Source: Camelus dromedarius (lineage: Eukaryota). Taken from it: a stretch of 64,000 nucleotides of DNA. The DNA is taken from NCBI RefSeq assembly GCF_036321535.1, contig NC_087447.1, positions 50,036,001 to 50,100,000 on the forward strand, given 5' to 3'. Shown piece by piece: positions 14,267 through 26,049 of this stretch (within the stretch, counting starts at the first letter, position 1; each line of letters starts with the position of its first letter). Made by a program: the position numbers and the translations under genes. The notes under the pieces were generated by a model, which had not been told where the DNA came from, searched no databases, and saw only the letters and a list, made by a program, of their open reading frames with translations.

Positions 14267-15892
14267 AACTGAGTTTACTTCACTCGACCTGATTTTTTTT
14301 CCCAGCTTTGAAATTCCTCTTGAACCCGCATCTCCATATGTTACATCACAGCAGGACTAGCCTGAACAAAATCAGTGGCTGTATCTAAGCTAATGTTGAC
14401 ATCATTTGTGTTTACATACTGTGTATAGCAACGCACCTTCACCGGTGTACTCTGTGGTTGCTCATTGGGCCTATGTTAACACCTTCACTCATAGGTTTCA
14501 TAATTGTTTTCATATTTTGTCCAAGCACTTCTGAGTTCAACTTTAATATATAGCTACACTGTTCAATGGAATAGTTCATGTTATTGTTTTATGTAAAGAA
14601 CTCACAAAATCATTGTCTGACAGACAGACCCAACCTGCAAACAATTACAAGCTTTAACTTGATCTGACGAAATCCATCTTATTCCACATAAATAGGTGGA
14701 ACTACTCCAGACCTGGAGCAGGAGCCATCTGTCGAGTGTCCCATCGTTCATTTAAGAGCCAGTGAGGGTGGAGAGAGACATGGTCTTGGATGTACATCCA
14801 GTGGGGCTGTGGGGTCCTCCAATGAAGTAACATCTACTCGCTTCCCCCAGAAAAGGTTTTGAAGGACTGTGTTAGTATCAAACAATGGAAGGTGAATCAC
14901 ATGTGATTTGTGATCCCCCCCAGATATGGGAGTGAACTTTAAACTTCATGCCGGACTCAAAGACAAGGTGCGTTCAATTGCAGGCTCTCCAGCCTGGCTC
15001 CTGGCACTGCCAAGCAAAGGGACCACGTACAGGAGCACCCATGGTTACAATGTTCATCTCAGGTTCCACACAACCAGATAGAGCCTGGAGTTCTGGGGTT
15101 CCATCTGCCAGTCTCCCATTTGTGGACTCCCAGATTCTGGGGTTCATAGCTTTTTACCCCCATAGCATGGAACCCCACCATTGACCATGATCAGGCAGCC
15201 CAGAGCTGATCAGTAGTTACCTACACATTTGCTTGATCCAAACCATGGCCAGTGATGTTGTGCCTCAAAACACCACTTAGGCTTGGTTTATTTAGTTTAG
15301 GTTTTGGGTTTTCATTGAGTTTGTTTGATGTCTGCAGTTTCTGCCTTTCTTGGGTAGAACCTACAGCAAGCATTACATGTCTCCAGGAATAACTTTGACA
15401 TTTTCTAAATCTGGAGAATTCATTTTGCCTCTGTTTAAAGTGACCAAGGCCAAAATATGGGATGAGGTATTATCTCCTACTAATCTTTTTAATTAGTTTT
15501 CTAAATCACTAAAATAAACAAAATTGGCTTTGAGGATATAAGTTGGAATGAAAACTCAATGCTGTCCACTTCTGAACTGCTAAGAGCCCTTTCAGTTTTC
15601 ATGTAGCTGAGACACTTAACAGCCGGCAAATGTTATCACATGAATATTTGATTGTGTTTTCTCTCTCCACTTCCCCTTAACCTCTTTAAAAATTCCAGAG
15701 GTTTCTTTTCCCCCCAGAATATTAGTTTTGGAAGATTGTATCCAGCTATATTTTTTTAGCAGTTTTAATGGTGCCCATTTATCCTGACCTAACTGGTTAT
15801 TTAAATAATTTTTTAAACCACCATCAGTAATAAATGGCATGTGAAACTGATCTGTTGGTAATTGGAAGAAAACTCAGCATCTGTATTTATAA

Positions 15893-15898
15893 AATAAA
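15893..15898 (+). terminator. Distal polyadenylation signal of UVRAG
   Basis: AATAAA preceded by TGTA (15882) and followed by 'tgattagtattta' and a GT/T-rich tract; further AATAAA at 15513 and 15829. Confidence 0.7.
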
Positions 15899-16039
15899 AT
15901 TGATTAGTATTTATTTTGAGAGTAAAAGTGTATGTTATTTCCCTGCTATGTTTGAGTCCTGTCTTCTTCATTGTTTTGAATTTCATACTGAAGCTGAGTT
16001 AACTATGAAAACCTTGTTCTTTAACAGTCGGGCAGCCAT

Positions 16040-16560
16040 CCTGCATTTATTGAGCCAGATCCCTCTCTTTACAAGGGACTGGGCTAAACAAGATTATACA
16101 AAGATGAATAAGCCTTGACCTCTGCCACAGTCTTCTGGTAGGTATATTAATTAATTACAATTCAGCATGATAAATTCTGTGACGGAGAGATGTACAGCCA
16201 TGCTATGGAATGCAGAGAAAGCTATTCTGACTTAATGATCAGGAAAGGGTCGTGGAGGTATTGCAGATGAAAGCTTTACGAGATTTCACATCACATGGAG
16301 GGAACAGCATGCACAGAGGGCCAGAGGCAAGGCAGAGCCTCATGTGCATTTACAAAATTGCAAGGAGTTTGCTTGGGTCCTGAATGGATGTGAAGAAAGG
16401 TGAGAAGAGAAATTGAATCGCAGGCCAGTGGGGAAGGGCTTAAGGTGCCAAGTCAAGAGATCTGGATGCATGCAGTGGGCAACTGATCGGCACCCCTGCC
16501 AGGCTTTAAAGCAGAAGAGTAATTTGGTTAGTTGCGAATTTTGAATAGCAGCCAAGTTGG
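16040..16560 (-). mobile_element. L2 LINE fragment
   Basis: 'catttattgagc...aagatgaataag...gggaacagcatgcacagagggccagaggc...aggctttaaagcagaagagtaatttggt' is typical of antisense L2. Confidence 0.7.
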
Positions 16561-19500
16561 ACTCTAGTGATATTCGCTTGTGTCTGTTTAATCTCTTTAC
16601 TATTTTGTTTAGGAAAAAAATCTGTGTCTGTAAAAGAGGCTCATCCTTGTGTGCCTAATGGCTTCAGTGTAAATACTGAATGAACTGGATTTTTACTGTG
16701 TGGTACAAACTGCAGCCAGCATCTGTTCTTTAGAAGCTAGATTCCGAATGCCCCAACTCAGCCACTTTGTGGTTATGACTCTGGTCCAGTCATTGAACTC
16801 TTAAGGACACTTTGTTTCTTATTCTGTAAAAAAATTGGAGAGAACTCTGCCCTTGCCATGTTTGTATGGGGCCTCCGCCATCAGCATTTGCCCTCTTTTG
16901 TCATGTGGGAGGCCACTGCATAGTGACCGAGGGGCTTCCTGAGACTTGTTATCACCATCCCCTGTTCTAGAACTTGGGCGCAGCACTTAAACTCTGACTC
17001 CGGCCCCTGCTCTGTAAGTAGGGATAATACCCATGTCTTCACCCCACCCCGGGGTTGGCTGGAGTGTAAGAAGGGGTAAATGCTTTCATGAAACACTTAA
17101 CGATCTTTCCAAAGCACCAGGCACATTGGGAAGAGTTAGTCGTTCAACAAGGAGTCCTTGCATCAGATACATCAGGCTTTAGCGGGACAATTGAAATGCA
17201 GGTATTCATTCTGGACACATGGAGAATGTGTCAGGGCTGAAACTGCTCTTTCGAAAAACTAAACTCTAAACAAATGTCAAGTGTTTCGAGGTGTTTTGGT
17301 GGGTGGCATGGACACAGGATTGAGGCATGGTCTCTAAGCCTAATTAGCTTAATTTTCATGGTTTTTTTAACACCTGGCAGACGAGTTTATTTAGGTCACC
17401 TCATCGACACACACTCTCACACAGCTTCTGGCTGCCTTACCAAATGCTGAACTGGTGCCCAGAGCTCTTAAGTTTGCTTAAAGTAGATAGAAGCTTTCTT
17501 TTTCTTTTTCTTTTTCCCTCTTAGCGCATCTAATAACGGTTTTGTAGGTAGACAGCTCAGCCTTGTGGATTTTAAATGAATAAAGTAAATACATGTCTAT
17601 AAAATAATTCCACACTTTTTAGAGACTGGCGGTGTCGGCCATCCAGAAAAAGAAGGTTCATGAGTCTAGATCCAAATGAAAAAGCCAGCCAGTTGGTGAA
17701 ATAGCTGTAACTAGTCATGCCCAAGCCCAAAACTACAAGGAGGAGGGTGTCAGGCTCATCCTTCGGTTTTGTACAGAACGCAATCCTAAGAACTTCTCTC
17801 AGTGCCCACTACATTACAAGCAGCAAATTAGAAAGGAATTGAGGGCAGGAGTGGACAGAAATAGTAAATCACCTGATTCTAAGAAGTGAATACAAACAGG
17901 CAGGAAGGAAGTTATCTAGGCATCTTGGGTGAGAAGCCCTCAGCCTGATAGAACGGCCGGTCAGAGGGATTCAGATCCCAGCCCTGCTGCTCACTGGCTG
18001 TGTGACCCAGGCAGGGCGCTTGACCCCTTTTGAGTCCATGTGCTCCTCTGAAAAGTGAAGTCAACCCCTTGCTCAGATTTTCCCTTGGGCCCTGGACAGA
18101 GATTCCTCTTGCCTTAGGAGCAAATTTGGTATTCATTCTTCAAAACCCACCTCATTGCCTTGGAGTCCGGAGCGTGGCACTCTGCCTGTTGTGAAGAACT
18201 TGGGAATAAATCATTTCACATAGCCTGCTTCTAGACAGGATGTTACGTGTAGCAAAACAACTACTATCTGCCATCTACTCAAGATCCTCAACATAATGGT
18301 TGTAAAATATCACAAAAATTAATAAAACAGCTAGCAGCCCTCAGTCATCAGAAAAAGGATAAATTCCTTTTAGTTTGATAAGGAAAATGCATAAAATATT
18401 TTAAGAGAGTGTATTATTCAAAATGGTTAAAATAAGTTGATACTTTAAGGGATAAACTTGTGCTCAAAAATTTACTTGCAAAAACGTTTTTAACTGACTT
18501 GAAGGGGGCACCTTATTCCTCAAAGAAACCAGAACCCAATCACTATGTGTATCCACAAATGTCTTGCTCTTTGGATGAGGGACTTGGCATACTTTGTTAC
18601 TGTGATGGAAGGAGACCCGCAGGCTACTTAATGTGCAGGAGGTCTATGATCTCTTGCTCCTGCAAACTGAGGTCTCCAAGCTTGCTGGCCTGGGACCAGG
18701 CTCTCTGCTCCCAGATGCCTGCCAGTTGCCGTGACTTCTTTGCCCCCATCCCTAGCTAAGCCCTTTACTGGCACAGGGTCGGTGTTGGGAAGTTGGGGGA
18801 GTGGGAGAATGAGGCAGAATATTGGTCCAAGGATTTTGTAACTCACCCCTGTGTCTGTCTCTTGGTCCCCAGGGAGCTCTGAATCCAGTGAGCCCAGAGT
18901 CGGCATCAGAAATCATCAGTGACCTTTAGAGGAGGAATTGTCTGAGGATCAAATGAGACTGTGGAGCTGGGTTTTTGTAAACAGCATAAAGAGGTTTGAG
19001 GATTATCACAGATTCTCAGTAGACATCTTAAGCGGTAATGAGCTGCCTGCCACCAGCTGGGAAAGCAATGCAGGGGCTGAGCCTCTGCTTCCCTGCCCCA
19101 CAGACATCGGCTTTGGGGCACCTGCTGTCTCTTTGGTGATGCAGTGACCCCGCAAACATGTGCAGCGCTCCTGTCCCACCCCAGTCGCTTACATGATAGC
19201 ATTTGTTGCTGGGGACAGAGTAGGAAGACGTGGGCAATGTATTACCATCACCTCTTGATGGGGAGCCTGGACAAGGCCTGCAAGGGAGGGTGACCGGCCC
19301 AACATCATGCAGATCCTGAGGCCACGCTGGGGCCAAACCAGGGCTTGACCTCTCCCTGGGCCACTTCTGCACCCCAAGCCCTACCAAGGCTCCACAGCCT
19401 CCTGCCTCGGCTCCCCCAACTGAACATCTTGCCAGCTGCAGGCAGCTCTTCCCCATTCAGTAGCCCCTTTAGAAGAGGAGCAAATCACGAGCATGGTGTT

Positions 19501-20499
19501 ACAGGGTGTGGTGCAATTTTCCAGAAGGGGGAACATGGCAGAAATGTGATATAACTGACAAAAGTCCATGAGGTCAAGCCACATAAATTGTGACTCACAG
19601 TCATGCAGGACAGAGGGAGCGGAGGAGGTGGGGGCGTTGTGGGGGGCTGCTGCTTTGAGGACTCACCTTAGCTGCGTCCAACAGGTAGGTCAAGGGGATA
19701 AGATGGGGGAAGGCTGCCAGCCAGGGTAAGAAGCAGGAGAAAAGGAAATGATGGGGACCTGTGTTTATTCATTCCTTCCACAGCTGGTTTCTGACTGCAT
19801 CCTGCAGGCACGGCAACAGTGGGGACGTGGAGACAGCAGTGTCCACAACTCTTACAAGGAGTTTACCTGTAAAGAGATGGAGAAAAATAGGGTGGAAGTT
19901 GGAAAAGAAGGTGAGGTAGAGGGAAGACTTCATATAAATGCTAATGGGAAGGAGCCAGTGAAGAAGGTGAAGGTTCTAGAAGAAGAGGGCAGTGAAAGGA
20001 GCAAGATCTCAAAGGAAATGGGGAGGAGGGGAGCGCGGGGAGAGAGTCACCGGGTGTGGTGAAGACATTACCTGGGTAACAGGAGGATGGAAGGGAGGGC
20101 AGAGAGGGCAGGAGTGGACCAGAGCTGTCTGTCTGCGTAGAGTAAGAGGCTGCAGCTTTCCTTTCAAGCCCCGATGGGAGATGACCTGGGACAGGGGCCT
20201 GACTGGAGTGACAGTCCCAGGGCACAGGCCACGGCAGAAAGGACGCTGAGGGTAGTGGGTGCTGAGTGCTCATCGGCCTTTCAAAGGAGACTCCTGAGGT
20301 CTAGGGGAGAGAGTTGGCTGGCTGCCCAGGGTTGGCCATGGCCGGATTGCCACTTGGAGTGCAGTCACCTCCTCCCTTGCTCCCCTCCGCCACCTTCTTG
20401 CCCTCCAACCCATTCTCTGCACCGCAAACACAGGGACCTGTCCTACACACAGATCGAACCCTCCGAGAACTGTTAAGGAAAGCAAAGAATCAAACACTT

Positions 20500-21590
20500 A
20501 CCTACTAGTTAACCAAATCGTTGATGAGGAGACATTTCTCTTATAGAAATAGTCCAAGTAAAATAAAATTCAGGAGGGATAACAGACTCTCACCACTTTG
20601 CAATTCCAATTAATCTAATGCATCTAAGACAATGATTGTCAACAGCTGCTAGTATCACAAAAAGAGAGAAAACAAGACATTTTATGTCTTCTGATGAAAG
20701 AATGCAACACCCGTGAAGAATTCTTGGCAAAAGCTCGACCTAAAGTATGACTAGACTTCCACCTGTGGTGTCCAGTATGATAGACACCGGCCACATGTGG
20801 CTACTAAGTAGCTGAAAAGTGGCTCATTCAAATTGAGATGTGCTGTGAGCATAAAATACTCATCAAATTTCAGACTTGGTACAAAAGTAGAATGTAAATT
20901 TATATTAAGAATTTTCATACTGATTACATGTTGGAATGATAACATTTTGGATATATTAAATTGAGTAAAATATTATCATTAATTTCATCAGTTGCTTTTA
21001 CCACCTAAAACATTACTACTAAGAAACTTGAAATTACACAAGTGACTTGCATTTATGGCTCAAGTTATATTACTATTGTCAGATGAGCTCTGGATCTAAC
21101 GACTAGTGTATAGGAAATTCAGAGGGCAAGTGAGTGTGTTAACACCTGGAAAATGCAATCAGCAAAATCTGGACAGTGGGAACTCTACAGGACAAAGAAC
21201 TTGGTTTCTTCCATAAATATATTGCAAGAAAAAATAGAAAGAGGGGACAACCTTTTAAAAAGAGACTCAGTAGGTGTATCAACCAATCCCATTATGGACC
21301 TTGTTTGGTTCCTATAAGTGAAACAAACTGAAAAAAAAAAAAAACAAAACACTAAGGGATAATCAAAATGTAAACACTGAGTAAATATTTGATTATATTA
21401 AGGATTTTTTTCTAGGTGTGAGAATAGTAATAGTAAAAAGTAGCATCATAGTTCTCTTTTAAAGTCCATATCCCTTAGAGATGTGTGCTGAAACATTAAC
21501 AGATGAAATGCATTTGTCTGGGGCTGGGGTGGGGTATGCAGTGGGGTACAGACCAAACACGACTGGCCAGGGGTGATGAGTAACTGGGGG
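20500..21590 (+). mobile_element. Old L1 (L1MC/L1ME-type) 3' region, interrupted by MER33
   Basis: 'gatctaacgactagtgtataggaaattc...aatcagcaaaatctggacagtgggaactctacaggacaaagaacttggtttcttccataaata...tttgattatattaagga...atcccttagagatgtgtgctgaaacattaacagatgaaatg' resembles old L1 3' UTRs. Confidence 0.65.
20763..21092 (-). mobile_element. MER33 (hAT-Charlie), near full length, nested in L1
   Basis: Both termini recognisable (ctgtggtgtccagtat...ccacatgtggctact at left; ttatattactattgtc...ctg at right); internal 'tgattacatgttggaatgataacattttggatatatt'. Confidence 0.8.
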
Positions 21591-21699
21591 CCTGTACCCT
21601 GCCCGTCAGCCAGCTGGATGCTTGCATTCCCCAGAATGCCCCTGCTCCTACATTCCTCAGGGCTATTGCCCCCACGGTGTCTCTGCTGAGAATATCTTC

Positions 21700-22450
21700 A
21701 CCTCACCCACGGCAAACCTCTGTTCATCCTCTAAGCCAGAGTTCAGACATTCACCTTTCTTCTGTGCAGTCCTCTCTGCTGTCTTCCCCAGTCTCCACCC
21801 CCACCTCCACCCAAAACAAGGGGCCTCCCTCCTTTGGGCTCCTCCCACCACCTGTGTGTGCTCCCACCGCAGCCCATACATTTCCTCTCTGTCTGTTTCC
21901 CTGTCTGACACCTCAAGCAGGCTGTGAGCTCCCAGAGGGCAGGCCCCTTGTTATAAGGCACAACCAGTGCTCAGGAAAGTGTGCTAGATCAGTGTCAGTG
22001 CCCTGAGGGCCCATTTTACAGATGAAGCAGCTGAAGTCCAGAGAAGTAAGTGTCATAGCCAAGAGCTATTCTCAGAGCTAAAATGTGACCGAGCTAGGAC
22101 TGGGAACCAGAACCTTCAAGTGTTTCTCTACACTACGTCTGAGCTGCAGGCCCCAGTTCCCTGCATTCATTCATTTGGCATTGATTGGGTGCCCCCTGTT
22201 GGTCTGGCCCTGGCTGAACAAATCATGGACCAGTGCTATGAAGAAAAACCACAAAAGACCAACCACGAGAGTCTGACATGAGGGAGCCTCTTTGCCCTGG
22301 GATCTCAGGCAAACCTCCTTGAGGAAGTGAAATTTAAACAGATTTGAAGCTAGAGAGCCCATTCCAGGCCCAAGGAACAGCATGGCATATGTGAAGGAAT
22401 TAAAGTGACCAGTGGGGCTAGAGCAGAGATTAAGCACCAGGACCCTGGCG
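21700..22450. mobile_element. Cluster of L2 (+), MIR (-) and L2 (-) fragments
   Basis: 'ggctgtgagctcccagagggcagg' (L2 end), 'cccattttacagatgaagcagctgaagtccagagaagtaag' (MIR), 'attccaggcccaaggaacagcatggc' (antisense L2). Confidence 0.6.
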
Positions 22451-24115
22451 AGGTGGACGGTGGCAAACTGGGTCCACAGACAGTCCCCCTCCCCTACCTA
22501 GGGTTGTTTTCTTCCAGTTATGTTTTGCAATGTAGTGTTGATGATTTTTTTAAAAAATAGTATAAGTGTATCCTGACCCCTCTGGCCGGCTCCCTTAAGA
22601 CTCAGCTTCAGTGCTGGCCTGCATTTGTGTAGACCAACCCACTGACACAAGGAATTCTGTGAGCAGCAGGTTTTAATGCACAGTCACAGCCCGGATGTAC
22701 ACAAATGTAACTTGTTTTCCCCATCACTGTCTTCAGCCAAGTTCATGAATGCCCTTTTCAGCCACTGGCGGAAGACTCTCGATCTTCCCACTTCAAGGCA
22801 AGTCAGTCATTTCTAGTTAAAACATATCTTCTTTAGGGTAAGTGTTCAAATTCCCAAGTCCTCCCTGACCCCACCCTTCACCCAGTGTGGCCCCAGGGAC
22901 AGGGCTTCTGACGAGAGTCGCTCTGACCTGTCCATCCTGTGGCTCATTTCGATGTTGGGTGCTGGCCTTCATGGTTCTGGTCTCTGGGTCCTCACACCTG
23001 TGTCATTTTCCCCTAGACCAGGATTCTTTAGCCCTGCTCGGCTCCCTTGGTGACTCAGGGCACCTGGCCCACCTTCTCCCACCCCTGTGAGGCTGCTCTC
23101 AGGGCTCCCTGCCTGGACTTCTCCCCTCTGCGGGTTGGCTGCCAAGGCACCCTGACCAGCAGGGAGCTCTATGAAGGCTTACCTAGGTCTTCCTGGTAGA
23201 CCTGGGCAGTTGGGTCCCTTGTCTGTGACTGCCCCAAACCTATCCCCTGTTCAGATCCCAGATGGCGGTGGGGACAAGGGAGGAGGGGCCCCTCAGGCTC
23301 CATCAGTTTTTTGACTTTGGGGGTCTAGCTTCACCCCTTCCAAATAGCGTCCTCTGCAGCTCTTCAAAATTTTACTCCTTTTTTTAGAGGTGGGAAAACA
23401 CTCCTACATCACCATTTGCATGCATTCTTCTCTCCTCCATGGCAGTTTTTTTTTGTTTGTTTGTTTGTTTTGTTTTGTTTGTTTTTTTAATGGCAGTACA
23501 CTCAAAGTTCTCCAGGCTCCTGCCTGTGTCTGGTCAGGACTCACAAATTCTTTTTCCACTCCACAAAGCCTGGCCTTGCAATGAAAGCCTAGCTTTTGAG
23601 ACATTCAGCTCTTCAATCCCCTTTCTTGTTCTGGACAGTATCCACTCTGCCCTGGAGGTAGTAAATGGTGGGGCAAGTCAAGGGGTCAAAGGAACGGACA
23701 ATACCTGGCTTAACGTGACACTGCACTCACTGCCATGGAGCGGGGACAGAGGAGGCTGACTGGACAGATGAAGAAACATTCCTGATGAGTGAAGTCCGAC
23801 TCAGGTCAGGGCCTGTGGGAATCCCAGAAGCCCAGGCGGACAGAAATGATGGGAGTAGCGAGTGATGACTGGCGTACATGTACACAGATACCTATAGTAC
23901 GGTGTGTGGGAGTGTGAAAGGCTGAAGCACTTGCAATGTAGCTGGTAGAGCCAGAGTCACGTGATGGAGGTGATTTAGTTTCAGCAAAACATCAGCCTCT
24001 ACATTAGATTAACCTTGCTGATATGAACTGAATTGGCTTTGTAGTTTCATGTGGTTTTCATTTGTAAACTTGTTTTGGTTTTATGGTTGTAGGAGGGCTA
24101 TAAACATTAGTTTCT

Positions 24116-24257
24116 GGGGGGGGGGGGTGTAGCTAAAGTGATAGAGCGCATGCTTAGCATGCATGGGGTCCTGGGTTCAATCCTCTCAACATAAATAAAT
24201 AAATAAACCTAGTTCCCCCCACCCAAATAATAAAAATAAATAAAATTTAAAAAAAAA
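24116..24257 (+). mobile_element. tRNA-Ala-derived SINE, Vic-1-like (camelid)
   Basis: G-run then tgtagctaaagtgatagagcgcatgcttagcatgc (A box, AGC anticodon region), ggtcctgggttcaatcc (B box), (AAAT)n / aaacctagttcccccc / A-rich tail; short direct repeat AGTTTCT at 24109-24115 and 24263-24269. Confidence 0.8.
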
Positions 24258-25039
24258 CCAGGAGTTTCTATTTAGTTTTCTTTGTTTGTAAAATGTTTTG
24301 AGAGTAAAAATGGAAAGGTAGAACAGCGTACTGAACAGTTTTTCCTTGTGGTGTTCAACCCACCCCCACAACTTCCCGCAAAACAGGCTTGGCTTCAGGG
24401 CTGGGCCATAACTGGCCATCCCCGAGACAGCAGGGGAGAGGCTACAGAGGGGCTGCATTAATCTGCCCCCAACCTTGGCCTTTGTTCTAGAGCCTTGAGT
24501 GCCCTCTGTGGCCAGCCCTTTCTTCTAGGACTTCTCCTTCCCTACTTTTTCTCTGGATGCCTTTAATTCCTTGGTTTCCCTCCCTCTTTGGGTTCCACTG
24601 TTTCTTCTCCTTACCCTTGGGAGGGCCTGGGTGGGGGCTTTGGACCCTGCTGGCAGAGCATCCACCAGAAGCCTGATCGTTCACAGTGCCCGGATAGAGC
24701 CCCTCCTAACATCATCATGGCCAAAAGAATTTGTCTCTCACTTCATCTTGGCCACTTTCCCAAATGCCCCCTCTGTTTTCTGGCTTCAGTGTGTGCCTGG
24801 TCCCAGGAAGGGATGGAGAAGGAAAAAATCCTATGCTGGTACAGACTTGTTTAGGCAATATTATAAATAAAAATAAGCTTTTAGCCTTAGGGGAGCTACA
24901 GGAATGTTTAACCTTAAAAGAGTCTATACAATACTTTTGGGATTTTGTACTTTATCTTCAGTGCAGTGGGAAATCTTTGAAGGGTCTTAAGCATGGAGAG
25001 TGACATGCTCTGGTACATACTTTAAAAAGAATGCAGTGG

Positions 25040-25650
25040 GAGAAACTTCCTGTAATGGTGGCAGTATGAAGTAATTGCATGAGCCTTCCTGCAGATAACA
25101 ATTATGAAATCTGGACAAATTTAAAAAAATTATTTACAGGCCCTGGGAAATGTCTCAAAATAGAAGCCAGAGAAGAGTTTACCCTTAGAAAACTAAAACT
25201 GGAAGAGGTAAGAATTCCAGCGGTGCTCCTGAACCCCTGTGGCCATAGCAGGTGGAAAACCACAGCATCTCTGCTGCTTGGTCCCTGGGCTGAGAGAGGA
25301 CTCGACCCAGTCTCTGCCCCCTACCCAGGAGCTTCCAGTCTGGGACACACAGATGGATAATTGCACTGCCCTGTGTGGGAGCTCCCGGGCTTTGGAGGTG
25401 AGACTGGGAGAGGAGAAAACCTCCAAGAAGAGCGACCTTTGACCAGGGCCGTGAAGAATGAGTAAGAGTAAGGGTTTTGCAGGTAGCGAAAGAGGTTGAG
25501 TTTATTCCTCTTGAGCTGAGGGGTAGACCCAAGACCGATGGATGGGTGGAGGTCACAAGGAGGCAGATGTGCACCCCACACAAGGTTTCTCACAGCTGTG
25601 GCTGGCCAGGGTCCCCTCTGGAGAGGGTGAGCACCTGTGGAGGTGTAGCT
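25040..25650 (+). mobile_element. 5' end of an ancient L1 (L1M-type 5' UTR)
   Basis: 'acttcctgtaatggtggcag...ccttcctgcagataacaattatgaaatctggacaaatttaaaaaaattattt...agagtttacccttagaaaacta...gaggtaagaatt' resembles old L1 5' ends. Confidence 0.5.
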
Positions 25651-26049
25651 AGGTGGGCCAGGAGAGGCTGAGCATCCATGAGGAAGAAGGCTGTGGAGGG
25701 TCTGACCGGCACCAGTACCTCCAATCTGAGAGACGGGTCACTGGAAATGCAGGCTTGCCAGATTCAATTCCTATGCAGGCTGCACCCCGGGCCATTTTAT
25801 CAGCCATGTGCAGTCCAGCTGCAGATGCCTGGTGGGGATGGGATCCGGCATCTGCTCCTTCAGAACCCTGCTCTCCTGGCCCCGGTGCAGCCATGGATGT
25901 GCACCCTGCTGAAATGCATCCCCAGTGTGGGAGGCCTGAGGAGAGGGGTGTCTTCAGACTGTGAGATGTATGGGATTGGGGAAACATGCAGACAGAAGTT
26001 CCAGAAGGACAGGTGAGTTCTGGGGGTGCCTGGATCTGTGGGGAGCCCC

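Larger units (their letters stand above)
13095..15915 (+). other. UVRAG: UVRAG 3' UTR (~2.8 kb to the distal polyA site)
   Basis: Follows the stop codon and is repeat-poor; ends after AATAAA 15893-15898 with a T/GT-rich downstream tract; an L2 remnant starts shortly after. Confidence 0.75.

Noticed and set aside
18250..18515. AT-rich segment possibly derived from a hAT-Tip100 transposon
   Set aside because: I could not assign a family or termini confidently without a Dfam search
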